A stretch of 36,258 bases of DNA from a virus (lineage: Duplodnaviria; Caudoviricetes): the IMG/VR virus record IMGVR_UViG_3300037511_000277, positions 1 to 36,258 of that record, one strand, 5' to 3'. Within the stretch, counting starts at the first letter, position 1. Every line of letters begins with the position of its first letter. A program made the position numbers and the translations under genes. The notes under the pieces are model-generated. The model was not told the DNA's origin, made no database searches, and saw nothing but the letters and a program-made list of their open reading frames with translations. This document shows, in pieces, positions 16,214 to 22,649 of the stretch.

Positions 16214-16540
16214 ATGGCTGAACAGGATTCTACCCCAGTTAGGGAAGGCGCTTTTCTCGCAGGACCACTACGTGATCTGGCGGAGCACATGGAGCCGCGC
16301 GACGCGGATCTACTTCGCTGCGCCGCGACGATTTTGGAGCGCGGGCCACAATGGGAGTCGATAGAAACGGCGCCCAGAGACGGCGCCAGTATCTTGCTGT
16401 ACGACCACGGCGTCACGATCGGACGCTTTGAAGCCTATTCAGCATATGAAGGCGCGTGGGTCGTGAACCTCGTGTCGAACACGTCGCTTATTCGTATCCG
16501 TCCCACGCGCTGGATGCCGCTGCCCGCGCCACCGGAATAG
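16214..16540 (+). CDS. DUF551-like phage protein
   Basis: W.SIETAPRDG..IL...PTRWMPLPAPP motif; SD GGAGG. Confidence 0.75.
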   Translation: MAEQDSTPVREGAFLAGPLRDLAEHMEPRDADLLRCAATILERGPQWESIETAPRDGASILLYDHGVTIGRFEAYSAYEGAWVVNLVSNTSLIRIRPTRWMPLPAPPE

Positions 16541-16583
16541 GCGAAGCCGGGAACCGAAGCCGGGAGAACCGCGAAATCCTGAG

Positions 16584-16599
16584 CGTTTCACGTGGAACT
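16584..16599. promoter_or_regulatory. parS-like centromere palindrome
   Basis: cGTTTCACGTGGAACt; the central 14 bp match the bacterial chromosomal parS consensus TGTTNCACGTGAAACA (read on the minus strand). Confidence 0.7.
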
Positions 16600-16604
16600 G
16601 AAGG

Positions 16605-16651
16605 GCCTTTTAAGCGGTTGGTCGCGCGTTCGATCCGCGCACGCCCCACCA
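16605..16651 (+). other. attP core: 3' half of a tRNA-Lys(TTT) gene
   Basis: Anticodon loop CTTTTAA (16607-16613), T-arm GCGCG-TTCGATC-CGCGC, acceptor 3' strand ACGCCCC-A-CCA; 5' half of the tRNA absent; downstream of integrase. Confidence 0.85.
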
Positions 16652-16832
16652 TAAAATCAGGCCCAAATCGATAGACGAACGGTCGCGGCGGGACGGGAAC
16701 GGACGGCTTCAAAGGGGCGAAGCCGGGAGAACAGCCGGGAACCTCAACGGGAGAAGAATCGGGCGGGCCGGACGCCAACACATCGGTTGAAGCGACCACA
16801 GTGCAAGCTCCCCCGGCCCGCCAGAACGTGAC

Positions 16833-17312
16833 TCAGGACGCGGACCAGATGCGTACGAGGCGCGCGCTGCACAGGAACATCCCCGGCGACACGAGGTCGG
16901 CGTCGTAGGCATCCTGGAAGGGCTCCAGCCGGCCATGCCGGAGGAGCCGCGTCACATACTCGCTGCAGAACTGCTTGTCCATCGACTGCTGCCCCCACGT
17001 GTAGAAGCGCAGCAGCCCCAGCCAGTCATAGACCTGCCCGATGCAGGCGGTGTGGAACGCCTTGACGCCCGTCATGTCGAGCGCGGTAGCCGGCCGCAGG
17101 ATGTAGGCCAGCTCCTCGCGCCGCAGCGGGTAGGTGTTCACGCCCAGCCCGTCTCGGCTCGCTGCCGTCAGGCCCTCCCCCAGCACCAGCTCGCAGTGCG
17201 TCACCTTCGACCAGGTCTTGACGCTGATCACCCAGGCGTTGAAGTTGTGGCCGCTGTAGAGCAGCACGTCTCCCGGCTGGACAAAGGTCAGCGGATCCGG
17301 CAGGGCCTCCAT
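16833..17312 (-). CDS. Permuted papain-like amidase (YiiX/YebB-like NlpC/P60)
   Basis: QPGDVLL...THCELV...G..YDW...FCSEYV...SPG: His before Cys, the permuted order. Confidence 0.85.
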   Translation of the reverse strand: MEALPDPLTFVQPGDVLLYSGHNFNAWVISVKTWSKVTHCELVLGEGLTAASRDGLGVNTYPLRREELAYILRPATALDMTGVKAFHTACIGQVYDWLGLLRFYTWGQQSMDKQFCSEYVTRLLRHGRLEPFQDAYDADLVSPGMFLCSARLVRIWSAS

Positions 17313-17467
17313 CAGCCTTCCTTCTGCACGGCAGTCTCGGCGGCCTTGATCAGCTCATCGAGCCATTCGTCCAGGTGGTCGAGCACGATCTGTTTGAGCA
17401 CCGGCTTGATGTCCGGAAGCAGGATCGGCAGCAGCTTGGCGAGAATGGGACCGAGGTCGATACGCAT
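17312..17467 (-). CDS. 51-aa amphipathic protein
   Basis: MRIDLGPILAKLLPILLPDIK...; SD GGAG; TGATG overlap with amidase. Confidence 0.65.
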   Translation of the reverse strand: MRIDLGPILAKLLPILLPDIKPVLKQIVLDHLDEWLDELIKAAETAVQKEG

Positions 17468-17478
17468 GTCTGTCTCCG

Positions 17479-17685
17479 TCAGTGAATGAACTTCCCGATG
17501 AGCGCGCCCGCGACGAGCCCTGCGCCCGCGCCGATGAGGCCCGCCTTGACCTTGAGCATGGTGATGTCGATCCGGGCGTGATCGAGCTTCTCGTCCAGCC
17601 GCTCCACCCGCCGGTCCAGCGCGTCGAGCTTGTCCAGGATCAGCAGCTTGTACTCGTCGAAGTGGCTCAGCACCGGGGGAGTCAT
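17479..17685 (-). CDS. Holin-like protein (coiled coil plus C-terminal TM)
   Basis: LDKLDALDRRVERLDEKLD then AGLIGAGAGLVAGALIG. Confidence 0.55.
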   Translation of the reverse strand: MTPPVLSHFDEYKLLILDKLDALDRRVERLDEKLDHARIDITMLKVKAGLIGAGAGLVAGALIGKFIH

Positions 17686-18095
17686 AGCCGCTTTCGGCGC
17701 ACCACCGCCACCGCATAGATGCCGGCCGCCGTCACGACGGGGCTCAAGTTGATCTCCAGCGGCACCTCTTCGCCGGTGCGGCGCAGGCCCTTCAGGTCAT
17801 GTCCGAGGCCCATCGGCCGCACGCGCGGGTCGGCGAAGAACGCGCGCCGGTGCTGAACGTGCCGCTCGCGCACATCGGCCGGCAGCAGCATCTCAAGCTG
17901 ATTGCCCAGCACGTCCTGTCGCGGGTAGGCGAAGATCAGTTCGGCCTGCGCGTTCATGAAGCGCACCGTGCCGCTCTCGTCGATGACGAGCACGCCATCG
18001 GGCAGCACTTCGAGGATGCGCGCGAGCAGATCCGGGTCGAGGATGATCCCCGGCTCGCTCAACTGGCGCAGGCGATCGAACTGCGGGTCGGTCAT
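17682..18095 (-). CDS. Stand-alone PAS-domain protein
   Basis: ILEVLPDGVLVIDESGTVRFMNAQAELIFAY...LG..LEMLLP...RERH...GLRRTGEEVPLEINLSPV: complete PAS S-box fold with no output domain. Confidence 0.9.
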   Translation of the reverse strand: MTDPQFDRLRQLSEPGIILDPDLLARILEVLPDGVLVIDESGTVRFMNAQAELIFAYPRQDVLGNQLEMLLPADVRERHVQHRRAFFADPRVRPMGLGHDLKGLRRTGEEVPLEINLSPVVTAAGIYAVAVVRRKRL

Positions 18096-18096
18096 G

Positions 18097-18273
18097 TCAA
18101 CAACGCCGCCAAAGACCTGTTTCTGTACCAAAAAATGTGGCCAGAATCAGCAGCACCACGAGGAGCGCAATCACGCGGATGACTTTCTGAAATTCCGGCG
18201 GCGCGATCATCTCGATCAGAATCACGGCGATGACCACCGCTACGAGTGCGAACAGCAGGCCGATGAGTGTCAT
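18097..18273 (-). CDS. 58-aa two-TM membrane protein (possible holin/antiholin)
   Basis: MTLIGLLFALVAVVIAVILIEMIAPPEFQKVIRVIALLVVLLILATFFG...; SD GGAG. Confidence 0.7.
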   Translation of the reverse strand: MTLIGLLFALVAVVIAVILIEMIAPPEFQKVIRVIALLVVLLILATFFGTETGLWRRC

Positions 18274-18378
18274 TCAGCGCTCCGGGTGGACTGTTTTTTG
18301 ATCCGAAGGTCGGTCGAGTGCCTCGGGCACCGCGATCTCCTTCACCTTGCCGCCGACAACGATCTTCACAATACGCAT
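18274..18378 (-). CDS. 34-aa peptide
   Basis: MRIVKIVVGGKVKEIAVPE...; exactly fills the gap between neighbours. Confidence 0.4.
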   Translation of the reverse strand: MRIVKIVVGGKVKEIAVPEALDRPSDQKTVHPER

Positions 18379-18384
18379 TCGATT

Positions 18385-19467
18385 TCAACGCTCCAGATCC
18401 ACCGTGTTTCCGTCGTAGCCGTACACGCGCGTTACCCTCCAGCCATTCACGGGCTGCAGCGCCCAACCGGGACGCGGGCTGACGACGACCGCCGTCGCGC
18501 GCGAGCCTGCAATCATCGCGAAGGTCCGCAGGGCGAGGTCATCGCTGTGCGCGATGGGGCAGGTCGGCATGCCGCCGCGCGTGTACGTCCCGACCGCGGC
18601 GAGGTCAGCAGGCGGCGGGTCAGCCCAGACGGCCGCAACCGCCTGCGCGACGCTCTGGTCTGCCGGGATGCGGCAGCGCTGCAGGGTGTCCCCGTCGCCA
18701 TGCAGGCAGGCCCCAGACGCGAAGAGTTCGGCGACCGCGACGTAATCCGCATACTGGCGCGGCGTGGCGTTCTGCAGGCGCTCAGGCTCGCCCGCGATGG
18801 CCGGCTTGTTCGTCGGCGGGAAGTCGCCGATGCCGAGCCGCGAGGTTTCGAGCAGGTTCTTCGACTTGCGCTCCCACCCATCACCGCGCGGCGTGTGCTC
18901 CGTGGTGAAGTCGAGCACGCTGCCAGCTTCGAGCGGTGTGTTGCCGTCCTCCCAGGACGAGCGAGTGGTCAACAGCGTGCCGGTGAAAGGCTTCAGCCGG
19001 CCGGCGATTGCGCCATTTTTCCAGTCCTCGTTGACCAGTTCGAGTAAGGCATTGTCATGCCAACTGAGTACATTCGCCACACGCTGAACATGGTCCGCCT
19101 GTTCCTCCTCTGACATCAGCACCGAGCTGCCAGATATTTGGTCGGTGAAGGCGACGAAGTGCAGGCGCAGGCCACAGGCAGCTAGGATTGAACACAACTG
19201 ATGTAGGTTGGCGTAGTACTTATCGCCGTAGCGCCGCGGATCGAAATCGGTCACCGACCACATGCCAAACACGCGTACGGTGTTCGTACCGAGCGACAAG
19301 GCCCAGTAGAGGAAATCCTTCGCGGCCTCGCTATCTTGGAACAGCGTGAACGCCGTCACGGCGCGGTACTTCCACGGCCGCCCCGCGTCGAGGAAGTTGA
19401 CGCCGCTGGTGGTGAGTCTCCCGAGAGGCCCCGCCGGTGGAGACGGCGGATCGACGGGGCCTACTGG
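18385..19467 (-). CDS. Glycoside-hydrolase-like TIM-barrel domain (clan GH-A-like), start-less frame probably reached by -1 frameshift
   Basis: GTNTVRVFG, ELVNE (acid/base-like) and IAGEP (nucleophile-like) motifs; preceded by a Pro-rich linker with no start codon or SD. Confidence 0.7.
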   Translation of the reverse strand, partial: PVGPVDPPSPPAGPLGRLTTSGVNFLDAGRPWKYRAVTAFTLFQDSEAAKDFLYWALSLGTNTVRVFGMWSVTDFDPRRYGDKYYANLHQLCSILAACGLRLHFVAFTDQISGSSVLMSEEEQADHVQRVANVLSWHDNALLELVNEDWKNGAIAGRLKPFTGTLLTTRSSWEDGNTPLEAGSVLDFTTEHTPRGDGWERKSKNLLETSRLGIGDFPPTNKPAIAGEPERLQNATPRQYADYVAVAELFASGACLHGDGDTLQRCRIPADQSVAQAVAAVWADPPPADLAAVGTYTRGGMPTCPIAHSDDLALRTFAMIAGSRATAVVVSPRPGWALQPVNGWRVTRVYGYDGNTVDLER

Positions 19468-19473
19468 GGGTCC
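19416..19473 (-). other. Candidate programmed -1 ribosomal frameshift signal
   Basis: G_GAC_CCC_CAG_UAG followed by 11-bp stem AGGCCCCGUCG/CGGCGGGGCCU whose loop GUCUCC can pair with downstream GGAGAC (H-type pseudoknot). Confidence 0.55.
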
Positions 19474-20714
19474 TCGGGGCCTGGGCCAATCTGGGCCTTG
19501 TACGCCCGAATGGCGGCGTCCGTGCCGAGATCGAAGGCGGCATTCCACTCCTCGGCGCCGTTCAGGCCCCGTCCGAGGTCGATACACCGCTGCGCGACGG
19601 CGGCCGCGATCGCGCGATGGTAGAACGCCAGCGCGCCGCGGCTCGGCACGTCGCCGCCCTGGTCGCGCAACCAAACATGGTCGCGAAAGCGCGCAAGGTG
19701 GTCCACATCGACATCCCAAGGCCACGCGGCCAAGGTGTCACGAATCTGCTGCGGGGTCACGGACATCGTCGGCTCCGGGGGGAGGGGCGGATCTGGAATC
19801 GGGTCAGGCGGTGGCGGTGGCGGCGGTGGAATGACGACATCGCGCGGCACCGGCCCGCGCGCCGCATCGCGCGGCACGGTGGTCGTGCGCAGCTGGCCAC
19901 CGCCGTCCACCGCGACGATCGACCACTGGTCGCCGATGGGACGCACCCGCAGCCACGTCGCCACGAGATCGACGACGATGCAGTCCTGCTCGCCGTAGGG
20001 CCGCCCCAGGACGAGCGATCGGCCGCCGGGGCTGGTCGTGGCCGTCCACAGCCAGAGCGTGCCGTCAGGCGCCTGCACGGGCACCGGGGGGCCTTCCTGC
20101 CGCCACGGCGTGACCGTCACGAGTTCGTTCGCGGTGGCGCCGTTCCGCGACAGCCAGCTCTCGCCGTTGTAGCCGCTGCCGACGTTCCCCTGCGCGTCGA
20201 GCGTGAGCGCGTTGCCGTTCGCCGGGATGCGCACCTTCCGCTGCAGCACGCCCCCGGTGTAGTGCCAGAACTGCGGGGCGCCGTCGGTATCGACGCTGAC
20301 GTGGATCAACTGCTCGCCGGCCACCGAGCCGCCATCGTAGCCGCGCCCTGAGAAGAGGAACGTGCCGTCGTACCAGACCGCGGCGACGCCCTGCTGCGCG
20401 CGGACCGACAGCCAGTGACCATCGGCCGCCCGCATCGTGTTCCCGCCTACGTCCGCTGCCAGCAATGCCGGGGGCGTCTCAAACGAGGCGACCCAGAGGT
20501 CGTCGCTGCCCTCGGGCCGGTAGGCGAACAGTACGTCATTCAGCCAGCCCACGGCGCGTCCGGGGCCGATCTCGACGACGCGCTGCCGATCGGCCGAGAT
20601 GAGCCGCACTGTCGGCGGGTCGGTGCGCGTCCCGCCCCCGCCGCAGCCGAGATCGCCGCGCGCGTTCTGCTCGGCGTTCCAGCCGTCGGTGAAGGGGGCG
20701 GTCCAGATCGCCAT
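19461..20714 (-). CDS. Multi-domain protein (beta-rich N-terminal region, poly-Pro linker, helical domain); N-terminal part of the putative GH fusion
   Basis: 417 aa; PPPPPPPPDPIPDPPLPPEP linker. Confidence 0.8.
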   Translation of the reverse strand: MAIWTAPFTDGWNAEQNARGDLGCGGGGTRTDPPTVRLISADRQRVVEIGPGRAVGWLNDVLFAYRPEGSDDLWVASFETPPALLAADVGGNTMRAADGHWLSVRAQQGVAAVWYDGTFLFSGRGYDGGSVAGEQLIHVSVDTDGAPQFWHYTGGVLQRKVRIPANGNALTLDAQGNVGSGYNGESWLSRNGATANELVTVTPWRQEGPPVPVQAPDGTLWLWTATTSPGGRSLVLGRPYGEQDCIVVDLVATWLRVRPIGDQWSIVAVDGGGQLRTTTVPRDAARGPVPRDVVIPPPPPPPPDPIPDPPLPPEPTMSVTPQQIRDTLAAWPWDVDVDHLARFRDHVWLRDQGGDVPSRGALAFYHRAIAAAVAQRCIDLGRGLNGAEEWNAAFDLGTDAAIRAYKAQIGPGPEDPQ

Positions 20715-20715
20715 A

Positions 20716-21042
20716 CTACGCAGCCGGCGTGTTGGCGGTCACCGCGGCGGCGAGGTCGTTCTTGGCCGCGTCGAGGGCCGCGTTGGCGGCGTCGATCTTC
20801 GCGAGCACCGCGGGATCGGTGACGCCATTCTTCAGGTCGGCGATGATGGCCGACAGGCCGTTCAGCAGCGTCACCGCGCTCTGTTCAACCGTCTTCATCT
20901 GCTCAACTTCGGCGGTCAACGCGTCGATCTTGTCGCTCAATGCACTCATCGTTTGCTCCATCTTCTGAAGGGCCGCCATGATCTTCGTCAACAGGGCGGT
21001 GACGGGATCATCGGAAGCGTGTACGTAGACATCGATTCGCAT
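20716..21042 (-). CDS. Coiled-coil phage protein
   Basis: MRIDVYVH...IDALTAEV...LAAAVTANTP; SD GAGGAG. Confidence 0.75.
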   Translation of the reverse strand: MRIDVYVHASDDPVTALLTKIMAALQKMEQTMSALSDKIDALTAEVEQMKTVEQSAVTLLNGLSAIIADLKNGVTDPAVLAKIDAANAALDAAKNDLAAAVTANTPAA

Positions 21043-21049
21043 GGGCTCC

Positions 21050-21682
21050 TCACGGCACCGTGAGTGGCACGGCATAGACCGCGGTGCGCGAGCAGTTCTG
21101 GCTGTTGGCCGCCGTCACCGCGAGCTGGTGTGTGCCCAAGCCGGGCATCGTGAACCAACTGCCCGGAACATCGGTCAGGTTCTCGCCGCGCATCGTCGGC
21201 GCCAGCGCCACGCCATCCGCCGTGACCGTGACCGTCGTCACGGGCGCATTCGGCGAAGCGAGTTGGAACAGCACCCGCGCCCGGCTGCCCGGGCCAGCGC
21301 TGCCAGTTTTCAGCAACGACGTGAAAAAAATTGAGACGGCATAGCGCCCCGTAACGGGCGCGCAATCATCGACGGGAGGTGGCAGGCCCGGGATGGTCGC
21401 CTTGATTTCGTTCGAGGGCGTGCTCATCAGGCCAATGAGATCCATCGCGCGAACGACGAAGTAGTACGTCGATCCTGATTGCAGGCCATCCACCGTCGCG
21501 GTGGTGAAGGTCGTCGTCACCCGATCGTGGTAGGGCCCGCCGGCGGCATCCCCGACCTGCACGACATAGCCCGTGAGGTCCGGCTCCGTGTTCGCGTCCC
21601 ACGCCAGCGCCACCGAGGCCGTTTGTGCCTCCGCGCGAGCGGCGAGACTAAGCAGCGCGATCAGCAGCAGGAGTCGTCGCAT
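21050..21682 (-). CDS. Secreted fibronectin type III domain protein
   Basis: Signal peptide MRRLLLLIALLSLAARAEA; LAWDANTEPDL.GY...V.GL..G.TYYFVVRA FN3 signature. Confidence 0.85.
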   Translation of the reverse strand: MRRLLLLIALLSLAARAEAQTASVALAWDANTEPDLTGYVVQVGDAAGGPYHDRVTTTFTTATVDGLQSGSTYYFVVRAMDLIGLMSTPSNEIKATIPGLPPPVDDCAPVTGRYAVSIFFTSLLKTGSAGPGSRARVLFQLASPNAPVTTVTVTADGVALAPTMRGENLTDVPGSWFTMPGLGTHQLAVTAANSQNCSRTAVYAVPLTVP

Positions 21683-22061
21683 CCTCGGTTCCCTTCGCCA
21701 GCGCCCGCCGGATCGCGGCCCGCTGGGCGTATTCCGCGAGCTGCACCGCCCGAGTCCGTAGAGCCCGCAGCCGTTTCTGCGCCGTCCCCCACGACTCGTC
21801 TTCGCGCAAGGGGATCTGCTCGATCAGTCCGACGATGTCACCCAATTCGCGAATGACACTCTCCGCCGTGGGTATCCCGCCGGTCGCCACGTCGTGCTCC
21901 TGACGGAGGGCCTCCTGCAAGCCAGCCTCAGGGATCCAGTACACCGCGCGCGGGCCACGGACACAGGGCCACTTGCCGCTCAGCACGCGGTTGTAGGCCG
22001 CATTCCGGCCGAGGCCGGCGAGCGCCGCCGCTTGCTGCAGCGTCAAATATCCCTCCCGCAT
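21648..22061 (-). CDS. Excisionase-like (HTH_17-type) DNA-binding protein
   Basis: YLTLQQAAALAGLGRNAAYNRVLSGKWP.....YWIP. Confidence 0.75.
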   Translation of the reverse strand: MREGYLTLQQAAALAGLGRNAAYNRVLSGKWPCVRGPRAVYWIPEAGLQEALRQEHDVATGGIPTAESVIRELGDIVGLIEQIPLREDESWGTAQKRLRALRTRAVQLAEYAQRAAIRRALAKGTEDATTPAADRAA

Positions 22062-22063
22062 CG

Positions 22064-22112
22064 CTGATAGACTAGTCCTATCAGATCTCAGCCGCAACCC
22101 CCTATTGCGGCT
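22064..22112 (-). promoter_or_regulatory. Internal leaderless promoter with overlapping operator palindrome and upstream hairpin
   Basis: TTGCGG (22097-22092), 17 nt, TAGTCT (22074-22069), 7 nt, ATG 22061. CTGATAG-N7-CTATCAG spans the -10. AGCCGCAA/TTGCGGCT hairpin at 22090-22112. Confidence 0.55.
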
Positions 22113-22113
22113 A

Positions 22114-22413
22114 TCACAGGTCTTTGACCGTCACGCCCACCGAGCGGTCATCCGTGCGGCCCCCGGTGGTGGTGATCCGGTTCCGCAGCACGTAGCGCTG
22201 GCCCAGCGTCCCGCCCGTCAGCCACGCCGTCGCCGTCGTCGTCGTGTTCGAGGGCGCCGGAGAGCCGGCGATCGCGAGCGAACTGTCCGGGGCCACGTCG
22301 ATCGCCCACGCGGACGAGCTGATGGTGTCGCCAGTCGGCAGCCAGGCCGACCAGTCCAGCAGGTAGTCCTTCTTCGCGGCCGGGTCCTTCTCGAACTCTT
22401 TGATGACGGACAT
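22114..22413 (-). CDS. Phage fibre/tail adaptor-like protein
   Basis: KDP....DY..DWS.WL..GDTI.SS.W...WL.GGT.G..Y.....ITT.GGRT..RS family motif. Confidence 0.75.
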   Translation of the reverse strand: MSVIKEFEKDPAAKKDYLLDWSAWLPTGDTISSSAWAIDVAPDSSLAIAGSPAPSNTTTTATAWLTGGTLGQRYVLRNRITTTGGRTDDRSVGVTVKDL

Positions 22414-22415
22414 GC

Positions 22416-22649
22416 CTACCTCACCACCACCGTGCGATTCTCCGGCGGCACCAGCACCGACCGACTCTCGGCGGCGACGATCACGTTCCGGTTCTCCGGC
22501 GGGATCATCGCCGTGCGCGTGGCCGGCGTCGGCCCGATGACCGGCGGCGCCGCAGTCGTGCCCACGCTGGGCAGCCAGAGCGCCGGCAGCGTGCTGCCAC
22601 GCAGCTGCGGGTAGCGCCGCCCGCCCTGCTTCGAGAGCGTGGCGATCAT
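22416..22649 (-). CDS. Small virion-associated protein
   Basis: C-terminal P.ENR.V.V repeats; precedes adaptor gene. Confidence 0.6.
   Translation of the reverse strand: MIATLSKQGGRRYPQLRGSTLPALWLPSVGTTAAPPVIGPTPATRTAMIPPENRNVIVAAESRSVLVPPENRTVVVR

Larger units (their letters stand above)
16545..16740 (+). repeat. Integrase arm-type site candidates
   Basis: AGCCGGGA at 16545, 16558, 16721 and 16733: two tandem copies on each side of the att core, same orientation. Confidence 0.7.

Noticed and set aside
16570-16651. Complete tRNA-Lys gene
   Set aside because: No D-arm or 5' acceptor strand, and the anticodon stem is broken on its 5' side; it is an att core
16545-16740. CRISPR-like mini-array
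   Set aside because: Repeats are only 8-14 bp and irregularly spaced around the att core; they fit integrase arm sites
19468-19725. TTG start at 19725 for the GH ORF
   Set aside because: Would add ~85 Arg-rich junk residues overlapping the upstream gene, with no SD
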